From: Octopus vulgaris
Taxonomy: Eukaryota
DNA: 64,000 bases
Direction of reading: 5' to 3'
NCBI GenBank assembly: GCA_951406725.2
Contig: OX597838.1
Span: 7,874,001 to 7,938,000 of the forward strand
This document shows, piece after piece, positions 15,927 to 29,824 of the stretch. Each line of letters begins with the position of its first letter. Positions within the stretch are counted from its first letter, which is position 1. Both the position numbers and the translations under genes were made by a program. The notes under the pieces were generated by a model. That model was not told where the DNA came from. It saw only the letters and a program-made list of their open reading frames with translations, and did not search any database.

Positions 15927-16313
15927 GTGGAGGCGCAATGGCCCAGTGGTTAGGGCAGCGGACTCGCGGTCATAGGATCGCGGTTTCGATTCCCAGACCG
16001 GGCGTTGTGAGTGTTTATTGAGCGAAAATACCTAAAAGCTCCACGAGGCTCCGGCAGGGGATGGTGGTGATCCCTGCTGTACTCTTTCACCACAACTTTC
16101 TCTCACTCTTTCTTCCTGTTTCTGTTGTACCTGTATTTCAAAGGGCCGGCCTTGTCACTCTCTGTGTCACGCTGAATATCCCCGAGAACTACGTTAAGGG
16201 TGCACGTGTCTGTGGAGTGCTCAGCCACTTACACGTTAATTTCACGAGCAGGCTGTTCCGTTGATTCGGATCAACCGGAACCCTCATCGTCGCAACATAC
16301 GGAGTGCTTCCAG
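15927..16313 (+). mobile_element. Full-length tRNA-derived SINE (family A1) with 11-bp target-site duplication (TSD), nested in a family B head
   Basis: A box TGGCCCAGTGG, B box GTTTCGATTCC; TSD ACTTTCTAACC at 15916-15926 and 16314-16324; near-identical to 47749-48137. Confidence 0.92.
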
Positions 16314-16873
16314 ACTTTCTAACCACACGGCTACGGGTTCAGTCCCACTGCTTGGCATCTTGGTAATATGGATAATAGTATATAGGCCCGGGCGTAACAA
16401 AAACCTAGTGAGTAAAACTGGTAAATGGAAAATGTAAGAAGCCCATCGTATATACTTAGGTGTGTGTTGCGGGGTGGGGTGAGTGTATGCGTGCCTGTGA
16501 GCACACATTCTTTTATTCTTACTCGTTTCTGTTTTTACAATTCGGCCATGCTGGGGCAGTAGCTGAGGAGTTCTAATCGAACAGTTTGGTGTTACTCCAC
16601 AACATCACAAAGAGGAAAGCTAATGAAGATGTAGAAGATAACCGTTTACTCGTCTGTCATCACCCCGCCTTCTTTGAGCGATGGCCTAGGTGCAATGTGA
16701 GCGTAAGAATGAGATCACAAAGCATATATGAGATAACTCCGGAGTCTGAGTAATTGCGCACACACACACATATGTATATATATATATATATTTATATATT
16801 TATATATATGTACATATATATACACCGTTAGGTGTATATACTTTATATATACATCTATCGGTGTATGAATATG

Positions 16874-16917
<44 letters not shown>

Positions 16918-16928
16918 CACGTATATGG

Positions 16929-16986
<58 letters not shown>

Positions 16987-17076
16987 TATATATGTATGTA
17001 TATGCATATATATGTGTGTATATATATATATGTATATATATATATGCATACATTATATATATATATGTATGTGTGT

Positions 17077-17128
<52 letters not shown>

Positions 17129-17131
17129 ATG

Positions 17132-17164
<33 letters not shown>

Positions 17165-17671
17165 GTATATGTACGGAGAATGTGAATGACAAAAGAACTG
17201 AAATAAAACAAAGCGTGTGCTTGTGAGTGAACGTTTGTGAATATCCGTGTGTGAGCGTGTGTGAGCGTGTGTGAGCGTGTGTGTATTTGTGTGTGTATTT
17301 GTGTGCGTGCCTGTGGTGTTTGTGTTTGTGTGTATGTGTGGCGTACCTGTGTGCTTATGCGTATGTGTGTATGTTTGTGTGCGTGTGTGTGTGCGTGCAA
17401 GGCGGCTGTATGTGTGTAAGAGCGTAGTTTGGTTAATCTGAAATCAGTCCCCGAGGTTAGTAGAGAGCAAGATTATCTGGTAGAATCTCCTGATGAGAAT
17501 TGGCAATATTAAAAGCAGACAATTTCCCCTGTCCCCCCCACCCACACCTCCCTCACCAGATGCTTCCCTACCCCAGGGCATATTACAGAAATTGTATTAT
17601 CTGATAATGGACGGATTTGTTGCCATGGTTACGATTTAAGTTGATAAAACAATGATGAAATCCTAAGTGAA

Positions 17672-17784
<113 letters not shown>

Positions 17785-17789
17785 GCATG

Positions 17790-17823
<34 letters not shown>

Positions 17824-18015
17824 CGTATGTATAGATATTTGTATACATATATATGCGTGTATATACGTATATGAGTATATATGTATATATATATATATAT
17901 TCATATATATACATCCATATATATGCATAGACATATATATATATACACATGCACATACACACTCATACGTGTGTGTGTGTGTGTGTGTTTGTGTGTGTAT
18001 GTGTGTGTGTATGTT

Positions 18016-18089
<74 letters not shown>

Positions 18090-18654
18090 AATACTGCAAA
18101 ATAGAGATTTGAATTAAAGTAAATGATATAATCGTGAAGTCAATGGATTTTAAGAGGAAGGAGAGAGAAGAAGCAAAGGCGATAGGGGGGGGTAGTTAGA
18201 GAGTGAGTAGAGGAGAGAAGAGTACATTAGATGAGAGAGGGGGAGAGAAAGAAAGAATGAAGGCGAGAAGGAAAGTAAGAAAGAAAGTGGGGACAGATAG
18301 TGCGATAGAGAAGACAAGAGAAAGAGTGAAATGGGAAGGAATGGTAAGAGGAAGAGTTTGAAGGAGAGAACATGGAGGAAGTTCATAAGTTTATGGTAAG
18401 TGTGACACACACAGATCATACGCATACATCACACACAAACACATAAACACACACATGTGCGTGTGTGTGCATCTGTGAGTATGCGTGCGTGAATTTGGGT
18501 ATGTATATGCATACGAATATGTATATACACATATATAGATATATAAATATTTATATACATATATAAGTATATATATGTATGTGAGTGAACGTTTGTGAAT
18601 ATCCCTCTGTGTGTGTGTGTGTGTGTGTGTGGTTGATTCGCTAGCTTCTGCACG

Positions 18655-18840
18655 CATTTTTTTCTCTCCTTGTTTCTCTCCGTGTTTCTTTTCTGTGTAT
18701 CTTTCTGTTGAAGAGCGTAGGCTCGAAACGTAAAAGACTTGTTTTATTTATATTCCTGAGCGCCATACTAATACAATTGTTTGTTTGTATTCCACCTGCC
18801 TTCGTCTTTTGTTTATTTTCATAAAGCTTCCCGTTAAATA
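18655..18840 (+). mobile_element. Penelope-like pseudo-LTR fragment with a degenerate minimal hammerhead (18700-18737)
   Basis: TCTTT-CTGTTGA-A-GAGC(GTAG)GCTC-GAAA-CG-TA-AAAGA; a related sequence follows the GIY-YIG fragment at 44620-44930. Confidence 0.65.
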
Positions 18841-18854
18841 TGTATGTGTATATA

Positions 18855-19383
18855 CGAGGGTGAGTCAAAAAGTAATGCCATTTTGTTTAGGACAGGTATA
18901 ATTACCAACACAGGAACATGTATCATACGTCAAAATGAAGCTGGTCCTCAGTGGATCACATCCCTACTTCTCGACATAGTCACCGTTTCTCTCAATAGCA
19001 ATGTTCCACCTTCGAATGAGAGCATGTATCCCTGCCCCATAAAATTCTGTTGACTGTTCTTTGAACCCCTTCTTTACTGGAATAATGTTTGCCTCTCAAA
19101 CCCTCTTTCATGGGGCCGAAGAGATGTTAATCTGAAGGCGCTAAATTATTCCAGTGGCGAGGAAGTAAAAACTGTGATGAAGAACAGTCAACAGAATTTT
19201 ATGGGGCAGGGATACATGCTCTCATTAGAAGGTGGATCATTGCTATTGAGAGAAACGGTGACTATGTTGAGAAGTAGGGATGTGATCCACAGAGGACCAG
19301 CTTCATTTTGATGTATGATACATGTTCCTATGTTGGTAATTATACCTGCCCTAAACAAAATGACATTACTTTGACTCGCCCTC

Positions 19384-19384
<1 letters not shown>
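18855..19384. mobile_element. Mariner-derived fold-back MITE built from two transposase 3' ends
   Basis: TA|CGAGGG...CCCTCG|TA with ~205-bp inverted arms encoding EQSTEFYGAGIHALIRRWIIAIERNGDYVEK*; minus-strand centre reads LAPSD*HLFGPMKEGLRGKHYSS. Confidence 0.92.
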
Positions 19385-19446
<62 letters not shown>

Positions 19447-19564
19447 CTGTGTATTTCAAAAAAATCCTGACATTTGGGGAAGTGAGATAGTCAATTATAT
19501 AGACCTCATTATTCAACTGGTACCTATGTTATCGGCCCCGAAAAGTTGAAAGACAAAGGTCTCA

Positions 19565-19865
19565 TTTCTGGTACTACGCACAAGTGATTAGAATGTCAGC
19601 GCGAAAGAATTTCAAGACGAATTCTTCAAGCAGAGCCAGCAGGCAGAAGGCCTAGGGGTAGACGAAGAACCAAATGATTGAATCATATACATAATCTAAG
19701 ATGGCCACGCTTGAATACCCAGCCGGAGAGTCAAACGACGTTTGTATCTGATAGGATCCTATGGAAGAGGTATCTGAAGATTCTACCCTCACTTCTCCCC
19801 ACTCCACCCAGGAATAATTGGCAAAGAAGATGGATGGATGGATGGATGGATGGATGGATGGATAG
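19565..19865 (+). mobile_element. RTE (Expander/Rex3-like) LINE 3' end with (GATG)n tail
   Basis: WYYAQVIRM..ERISRRILQAEPAGRRPRGRRRTK*LNHIHNLRWPRL...DRILWK..LKILP, then a GATG tail. Confidence 0.75.
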
Positions 19866-20425
19866 AAGATTTAGCTACAATTTGGTTGAAAGGTAAAAGA
19901 AGTTTAAGGAAGTTGTAAAAGATGCCGGGAGAAAATGATAAATGTGTTGGAATAAAGAGAGAGCAGTAAATAATTCTTCCTTCTTTTCTGAATTCCTCTT
20001 ATTGTAGAAAACAGGGAATTTATTCAATGCTGCTTGAAGTTAAGTATTTAGTAATATTACAACCCACTGTTACAAAAGAGTTGGTCAGCTTTTCAGATAT
20101 TCTTCATGCCAGAATGAACGAAGACGTAAACAGCTGGCACGTTCTCAGGAAACATGGTGTTAGGATATTTGGCAATATAGAATATCGATGTGATGCGAAA
20201 TTTTTCGTTTGTCTTAGATGAATCGGTTTTCGACGTATGTGATAACTGGCAGCAAGACTTAAAACGCGAAATAGATAAGACTTTGTTCCAGTAAGAAAAG
20301 AAGCAAAACCCTTGTGATAAATTTCGTTTTTATTTCAGTAGCATATTCCTTTGAATTTTGTAGAAACGAGGGTTAAAGGAGTCTATCGCACACAATAGAT
20401 GTGCATATGTATGTATGTATGTATG

Positions 20426-20464
<39 letters not shown>

Positions 20465-20632
20465 GGTGGGAGAGGGGGAGAGAGAGAGAGAGAGATCCAT
20501 TCAGACTTATACACTTACATGTATGTGCGTATATGTGTGTATACGTATATATTGTATATACGAATATATTGAGTATACGTATATATATGTGCGTATATAT
20601 TTGCATAGAGATAGTAGATAGATAGATGGATG

Positions 20633-20668
<36 letters not shown>

Positions 20669-20675
20669 TGGTAGG

Positions 20676-20706
<31 letters not shown>

Positions 20707-20767
20707 GTAGATACATAGAGAGAGAGGTTGATAGATAGAGAGAGAGGTAGATAGATAGAGAGAGAGG

Positions 20768-20844
<77 letters not shown>

Positions 20845-21259
20845 GCATAGATGCATAGATAGATAGAGAGATATGTGTGTGTATGTGTGTATACTTATGT
20901 ATGCCTGTATGCACGTATTCGCTTCGTGTGCTTTCAACCGAAAGTCGACGCGAGAATTTAAGAAGAATGTATCGGTTATGTTCTTGGCACGAACAATGGT
21001 AAGTTTAAGGAGATTAATATTGCTTAACATTGTTACGAAAGGTTCTTGGGAAGACATTATAATGGCGGTTGGAAATTTTGCAGACATGAAGTTAAACTGC
21101 AGCTTGTTCTGGGAATACATTTATTTCTGTCGCTTTTGGCAGCACACGATGCAGCTATGCACCAGAAAGGACTTCAGCCGCATATTTATCTACTCAATTT
21201 AGCTATTCATTTATCAATGGATCTGTCTATCTTTCTGCGTCTATCTATTTGTACATATA

Positions 21260-21825
<566 letters not shown>

Positions 21826-21829
21826 TGAT

Positions 21830-21962
21830 CTAACGTCCGTTGTCCATGTTGGCATAGGTTGGACGGTTTACCGGAGCTGGTAAGCTGGAGATCTACTCCA
21901 AGCTTTAGTCTGGTTTGGCACGGTTTCTACAGCTGGATGCCCTTTCTAACGCGAACCACCTA
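21830..21962 (-). mobile_element. 3' fragment of SINE family D
   Basis: Reverse-complement similarity to 63045-63180 (GTTAG.AAGGGCATCCAGCTGTAGAAAC...ACGTTA). Confidence 0.7.
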
Positions 21963-22021
21963 GAGGCAAGGCTTGTTTCTTCGCGGTGGTCGCAATAGCG
22001 AAAGGAGTGATATGAAAGACC

Positions 22022-22110
22022 TGAAGGCGCATGGCTCAGTGGTTAGAGCGTCGAGCTTACGATCGTGAGGTTGTAAATTCGAATCTCGGACCGGGCTGCA
22101 TATTGTGTTC
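22022..22110 (+). mobile_element. Isolated tRNA-like SINE head
   Basis: TGGCTCAGTGGTTAGAGCG...TTCGAATC, followed by the SINE body motif TTGTGTTC; truncated by a family C copy. Confidence 0.65.
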
Positions 22111-22112
22111 AT

Positions 22113-22525
22113 AAGGCTGCGAGCTGGCAGAGACGTTAGCACGTCGGGCGAAATGCGTGGCCGTATTTCGTCTGCCGTTACGTTCTGAGTTCAAATTCTG
22201 CCGAGGTCGACTTTGCCTTTCATCCTTTCGGGGTCGATAAATTAAGTACCAGTTACGCACTGGGGTCGATGTAATCGACTTAATTCGTTTGTCTGTCCTT
22301 GTTTGTCCCCTCTGTGTTTAGCCCCTTGTGGGTAGTAAAGAAATAGGTTTTTCATACGTTCTGAATTCAATTTCCGCCGAGGTCAACTTTGCCTTTCATC
22401 CTTTTGGGGTCGATTAAATGAGTACCAGTTACGCACTGGGGTCGATATAATCGACTTAATCTGTTTGTCTGTCCTTGTTTGTCCTCTCTGTGTTTAGCCC
22501 CTTGTGGGTAGTTAAGAAATAGGTT
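22113..22525 (+). mobile_element. SINE family C, full unit plus a 5'-truncated tandem unit
   Basis: TGGCAGAGACGTTAGC (A-like), GAGTTCAAATTC (B box), central GCCTTTCATCCTTTCGGGGTCGATAAATTAAGTACCAG (recalls the MetaSINE-type domain; unverified). Confidence 0.85.
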
Positions 22526-23382
22526 TTTCATATTTAAACATTTATACCGTAACTGTTGTATAGTGGTTAGGAGTTCAATACTCGACAGATTCGATGCTTC
22601 AAGTACTTCTGGATAATGAGACGACACACATGTCAAAACACTGATATCTCAGAGTCCCTTCTGTTAATAAACCGAGTGTGTTATGAAACTTTTGTCGTCG
22701 TAAAACGTTTTTCTCCTATTACACACACAACGGCAACAGGTATATTTGGGATCGAATCTAACCGAATTCTTTTAGAATGAATATGCAAATCAGTGTTATG
22801 TTTTTGTTATTTATTTACTGATGTTTTTTGCTTGTTTGTTTATATTTTCTTTACTACATTTTTTTTTTCATTTATATTTTTTTGTCATTTTCGTTCTGTT
22901 TATTTTCATAAATTGGCTTTTTACTTTACTTTGCACTCAATTGTGAGTTTTATAAATTTTCATATAAATATTCCCAGGTGAAATATATATATATATATAA
23001 AAAAGAATATTTGTTTCTTAAAAATTCATAGAAATAATTGGTAAAAAACAGAAATGCGACAAAACAATTTAAGTCTCATTTTTTTTTTTTAATAAGAATT
23101 TGCCCTGTGAAACAGTTTCAAAGATTTGGTAACAATGAGGTGTAGAAATACCAACATATTAAAACACACGCGCAGACACACACACACAAATATATATATT
23201 TATATATATATATATATATATATTTTGTGAAATAGAAAGATGAATAATCTTGTTGCAGATTAATCAAAAGTTTAACCGATACCTTGGTAGCAAAAATCAC
23301 AGCAGAAGACAGCACGGTTGGAGGTACAACCATATGGTGTTGCAACCGTGCGTTGGTGCGGATAATTGAATTTTAATATTAT

Positions 23383-23970
23383 TAGTGAATTGAAGAAATG
23401 GAGTTGAACGAAGATTGAACAGAAATTGTTTTATTGCATTCTACACGTGTTTCGAAAGGCACAATTTACCAAATTCCGATTGAATAAGGAGACCATATTG
23501 TGTCTTTCTCTTCAGGAAGAAATAGAAATCCGTTGGAAAAAACAAAAACAGAACAGAGACGGAGCAAAACAAATCGAACGAGGCTCCTAAGAGCCCATGG
23601 CAAAACTGTTTATCAGTGTATGTTGAAAACGGGTGGTGGGTGCGTTGAAGATTTTAACGGGTCAGGCAGCTGACCTGCTGACCGCTGCCTGACCCGTTAA
23701 AATCTTCAACGCACCCACCACCCGTTTTCAACATACACTGATAAACAGTTTGGCCATGGGCTCTTAGGAGCCTCGTTCGATTTGTTTTGCTCCGCCTCTG
23801 TTCTGTTTTTGTTTTTTCCAACGGATTTCCTATTTCTTCCTGAAGAGAAAGACACAATATGGTCTCCTTATTCAATCAAAATTTGGTAAATTGTGCCTTT
23901 CGAAACACGTGTAGAATGCAATAAAACGATTTCTGTTCAATCTTCGTTCAACTCCATTTCTTCAATTCAC

Positions 23971-23972
<2 letters not shown>
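23383..23972. mobile_element. Near-perfect ~590-bp palindrome, probably inverted Penelope-like pseudo-LTRs
   Basis: Arms 23383-23670 and 23684-23972; 13-bp spacer; about 5 substitutions and 1 indel by eye; hammerhead core and AATAAA in each arm. Confidence 0.8.
23837..23916 (+). ncRNA. Putative type I hammerhead ribozyme (PLE-type)
   Basis: TTC-CTGAAGA-[GAAAGACACAAT...ATTGTGCCTTTC, 11/12 pairs]-GAAA-CACGTG-TA-GAA; mirror copy on the minus strand in the left arm (~23439-23518). Confidence 0.65.
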
Positions 23973-24022
<50 letters not shown>

Positions 24023-24121
24023 TTGTGTGGTTGTGTATGTGTGTGTGTATGTGTGTATGCGTGTGTGCGTATGTGCGTCTGACAGACTGCATGCATATAT
24101 GTATGTGTGTGTACGTATGTA

Positions 24122-24177
<56 letters not shown>

Positions 24178-24278
24178 CATATATTTGTGTGTGTGTGTGT
24201 ATGTATCATATATATAGATAGACAGATATAAACATATATAGATATGTATGTATTTGTGTATGTATGTATGTATGTATG

Positions 24279-24312
<34 letters not shown>

Positions 24313-25094
24313 TGTATGTATGTATTATGTATGTATGTATGTACGTATAGATGTGTTTATATAAACTTACTTTTGAAAACATTAGAATATTAGATTGTAA
24401 TATCACTTGATATTTTTCAGTGAAGTACAATATTTATATTCTTTAACAAACAGGAAACAGTTGAGAGGGACTTGGGCAAGTGTATCCTGCTATAGCTAAC
24501 GTACCCCACGAACATTTGATCACAATAAACGAATCATTTATACAGGTCGTCCAGTAAAAGCAGACCTTTAATATGGCGGCTTCGACGGAAGAGTCCATCA
24601 TATATAGATATGTGTTTGTGTGTCACCTTCTCTCTATTTTTATATTTTGTAGGGTTTTTTTAAAAGCTGTTGTGGCCCTCAATCAGCCCACTGTCAGCAA
24701 CTCAACAACAACTTCCCATGTAAAAGTGTTAAATAGTTTACAAAAACGTGACAAACATCTTCATGAGCAACGCCAAATAATTTCAAAATGGCGTGTTTAA
24801 TTTAATCCAGTTTTCTAAAGGAATTAATTGCTATGATTTTCTTTTCCTGTCTCTCTCTTTCTCTCTTTCTTTATTTCTTTCTCTCTCTCCTTCTTTTGCT
24901 GTCTTTCTTTGATTTCAGGATTTTTTTAAAAAATATTTATTATTTATCTTTTCTTCTCTTTTTATGGCTTTTTTCACTGATGTTATCTTTTCTTGGTGAA
25001 GTTGTTCTCTTCTTCCTTTCTCTCTCTCGTTGTTGTTTATTATCTTAAAAACAACCAACTGATAGATTTTCTTAGCGAGCAGGTGTTGTTGCCG

Positions 25095-25127
25095 TTCACG
25101 TTGCTGCTGCTGTTGTTGTTGTTGTTT

Positions 25128-25166
<39 letters not shown>

Positions 25167-25700
25167 TTTTTCTTCTTCTTCTTTTTCTTCTTCTTCCCCA
25201 TCTTCTTATCATTCTTCTTCTTCTTCTTCTTCTTTTCCTTCTACTTCTTCTTCTTTTCATTCTACTTCTTCTTTTCATTCTACTTCTACTACTTCTTCTT
25301 CTTTTTCTTCTTCTTATCATTCTTCTTCTTTTTCTTCTTCTTATCATTCTTCTTCTTCTTCTTCTCCTCCTCCTCCTTCTTAATATTGATGCCTTTTGTG
25401 ATGTCACTGATGATGATGATGACGATGAAGATGATGATGAGAGGGAGGAGATGATGATTATGAACATCATGATGATGATGGTTATGTGATTAAGAACATG
25501 ATGATGATGGTTATCTAAGTGGTGACATGTTGATAATGATGATGATGATATTGATGACGATGATAGTGGCGGTAGAGTCATTATCGGTGGCCATCAGGAT
25601 GAGGATGTTGTGGACGATGAAGAAGATACTGTTGTTGTAGTTGTTGTTGTTGTTGTAGTTGTTGTTGTTGTTGTAGTTGTTTTTGTTTCCATTGTTGTTG
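25095..25700. repeat. Compound ATC/TTC/GAT/GTT triplet tract
   Basis: Directly visible. Confidence 0.9.
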
Positions 25701-25919
25701 TAGTTGTCAATATTATTAATACAATTTTTGTAACTAATGCTATTGTTTAGCCCAAGGTGAGACCTTGTCCAGCAAACACAGAATCAGATCACTCCAGCGC
25801 TGGATCCCGCCGGCGCCTCAGACATATCAACAACATTGCGTCCGACTGAGCAGTGCCTTGCGGGTGGGACGTCCTGAACAGGAACTGAACGTACGCCTGT
25901 TTCTGCGTGTGTGTTTGGA

Positions 25920-25925
25920 TAGATG

Positions 25926-25959
<34 letters not shown>

Positions 25960-26022
25960 AAGGCAGACACAGAGACACACAGACACACAGACGCAGACAC
26001 ACAGACACACAGACATACAGAC

Positions 26023-26120
<98 letters not shown>

Positions 26121-26137
26121 GGATAAATAGATAGATG

Positions 26138-26182
<45 letters not shown>

Positions 26183-26230
26183 ATAGATAGACAGATAGAC
26201 ATATTCAGATAGACAGACAGACAGACAGAC

Positions 26231-26281
<51 letters not shown>

Positions 26282-26437
26282 CAGATAGATTGATAGATAG
26301 ATAGATAGATAGATAGACAGACAGACATACAGACAGACAGACAGACAGACAGACTGACAGACTGACTGACGGATAGATAGATAGATACATACATACATAC
26401 ATACATACATACAGACAGACAGACAGACAGACAGACC

Positions 26438-26473
<36 letters not shown>

Positions 26474-26512
26474 TAGACAGATAGACAGATAGATAAAGAG
26501 AGAGAGAGAGAG
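25920..26512. repeat. (AGAC)n/(AGAT)n tetranucleotide tract
   Basis: Directly visible. Confidence 0.95.
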
Positions 26513-27738
26513 CTTACAGTGATTTTAATAAGCCGGTGTTCGATCTCAGTCTCCGTATGCTTCAGAGAAAAGCGTTAGTCGAGTTCAGAGCGGCAATAAA
26601 TGATTATATAAATTTCAAAGGAGCAAAGAATCACGCATTGAACTACATTAGCTTACAGTTGTTTCCGCTAAACAATGCACTGCACTTATAACTGAGTACT
26701 TGCCTACCACCGTATAGCTCCAACGAAGCTATAAGATGTTACACAAGTAACTATGAACGCATTGTATCTTAGAATCATATTGTTGACGTCATAAGGATTT
26801 ATAGACTCCGAGAGAACGCGAAAAAGTTGGCGTCTTTTTGTGGAACGATGGATCTTGATAGCAGCCGTGGTGGTGGTCATGGCAGTAAATATTGATTGAG
26901 AACTTGGAGAGAACAAGTTGAAGGTTGCACGTGTTACTCGAACCTACATAACCTATAAACCTGGCAGGAATTCTACAAATGAGCCAAAGAAACATTCGAA
27001 TTTCTCTATTTTAGAAATTTTATTTATACCAGCAAGAATTGTATGGTGTTGACATCGTATGAATTTAGAAACTTCGAAACACAGCCATATGCATGGAGGG
27101 TGAGGCGTTGGGGGCGTGTTTTTTAGGAGAAAACGTTGTACCCGTGACCCTTTACAGGACCTCTAAGACGGGTACAAGTAGGGTATGCTCAAACGGAAGA
27201 CCTGGCACAAATTCTTGCATCAGAGTGGACTTCGCCAAAGTCACACTTGTTCGCATGTGACGATGTCAAATAGGCGATCGGATTAAGTCCGCCCGCCCAT
27301 GTAGACCGTACTAGGTATTGAACTCATAACGACGGTTCTAATGTTGCTGTTTGGTGGTGATGTTGGCGTCAATGGTAACGACGCCGGCAATGGTATGACA
27401 GTTTGTGAAGGTGACAGTAGAGATGGTGAAGATGGTGGTGGGGATGGTGATGGTGGTAGTGGTGGTAGTGGTAGTGGTGGTGGTGGTGGTGGTGGTGGTG
27501 GTGGTGAATGTGGTAATTTTTGCCGGTGGTGGTGGTGGTGGTGGTGGTGGTGGTGGTGGCAGTGGTGGTGGTGGTGGTGAACGTGGTAATTTTTGCCGGT
27601 GGTGATGGTGGTGGTGATAAACGTTGTGGCGGTGGCGGTAGCGGTGGTGGTGGTGGTGGTGGTGGTGGTGGAAATGGTGGTGTGAACGTCGGGGTTTTGT
27701 TAGTGGTAGTGGTAGCGGTGGTGGTGGTTGTGGTGGTG

Positions 27739-27858
27739 GCAGCCGTGGTGGTGGCAGCCGTGGTGGTGGCAGCCGTGGTGGTGGCAGCCGTGGTGGTGGC
27801 AGCCGTGGTGGTGGCAGCCGTGGTGGTGGCAGCCGTGGTGGTGGCAGCCGTGGTGGTG
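27739..27858. repeat. 15-bp minisatellite (GCAGCCGTGGTGGTG)x8
   Basis: Perfect units start every 15 bp from 27739 to 27844. Confidence 0.95.
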
Positions 27859-28227
27859 GTCATGGCTGTGTGTTTTTTGATAAAATCTTCTGGCACATTA
27901 TTGATTTCATTTTATTTTATTTTATTCACTTTTTTTTATTTACAATATTCATTTTTATATATTTTACATATTTTTTTTTTCTATCTTTTGACATTTCTAC
28001 AAAACTAAAACATACTTTTGATGATTTCCAAAATATGTCTAACGGGCCCGTTTTAAGTAAACTCTGAACAGAATTTATTATTTCTTGTAACGAACATACA
28101 TATATACACACATATACACACGCGCGTGTGTATACCTGCATGAGCGGAAATCTGTATGCATCTGCGAGCGTGTATGCATGACAGGTAAACATACACATAG
28201 AAAGAACAGAAACGCTGATGCATATAC

Positions 28228-28375
<148 letters not shown>

Positions 28376-28673
28376 GTATATATGTATGTATGTATGTATG
28401 TGTGTCGTATGTATGTTCAAATGTATTCATGTATGCATTTATGAATGTATGTTTGTGTGCGTGGATGCTTGTATGCATTGTGGGTATGTACATTTGAATA
28501 TATAATATATATATATATATACAGGTATGCATGTATTGTATGTATGTATGTATATGTATATATATATATATGTGTGTGTGTGTGCGGGTATGTGTGTGTG
28601 TAAGTGTATATATATACATATACATATATATATATATTTACATACTATATGCATATATGTATATGTATGTATG

Positions 28674-28705
<32 letters not shown>

Positions 28706-29231
28706 TGTATGTATGTATGTATGTATGTATGTATGTATGTATGCGTGTTTATGTGTGTATAAGTGGGTATGTATGTGAAAAAAAACAGAGATGTAGAGGG
28801 AAAAAAATAATAAAATGTTTAACGTCGGAAAATCAAAATAAATATTAAACATGGATGCATTGAATGAAAATTGTGGAAAGGTATTTTAGTTTATTGGTAT
28901 GTCTAAATATTTATCTATCTATCAAACCTTCTCGATATCTATGTGTATATCTCTGTCCATATATGAATATAGACATACGTATATATGTATGTACGTGTGT
29001 GTGTGCGCGTGTGTGTGTGTGTGTTTGTGTGTAGATAGACAGAGAGAGATGTATATATGTATATATATATAGCCATATTCATTTGGTGGCAATTTATCTA
29101 ACGCTCTTTCTCTCTCCCTACCTCTCCTTTGGTCTCTTCCTATATATGGGTATGTGTATGTGTATACACGTATGTTTCTATGTACATGCGTATATAAATA
29201 TACATGTATATATGTACAAATATGATATATA

Positions 29232-29285
<54 letters not shown>

Positions 29286-29312
29286 AGCACACACACACAC
29301 ATTTATATATAC

Positions 29313-29451
<139 letters not shown>

Positions 29452-29783
29452 CATACATATAATGTGCACGAATAAGCACATATACACATTTATATGCGTA
29501 GGGAACTGTATCTGTCTCTGAGTTTGTGTATGTGTATTATGCATTACGTGCGTGAAATATCTATATATGCTCTCTGCAAAGACAAACACGACACACGCTC
29601 ACTCGCGCATATATAAACACATGCATATATTCAGACGTGCATATTTTGTATATATTATATATGTATGTATACATACACACATACACACATATTCGTATAT
29701 ACATATGTACGTATATACAATATATATTCAGTCAGACATATACATATACATACATACATTCATACATACAATACATGCATACC

Positions 29784-29824
<41 letters not shown>

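Noticed and set aside
15927-16000. Genuine tRNA genes (also 5724, 22022, 47189 onward)
   Set aside because: A/B boxes are present but there is no convincing acceptor stem or terminator, and each runs into a SINE body.
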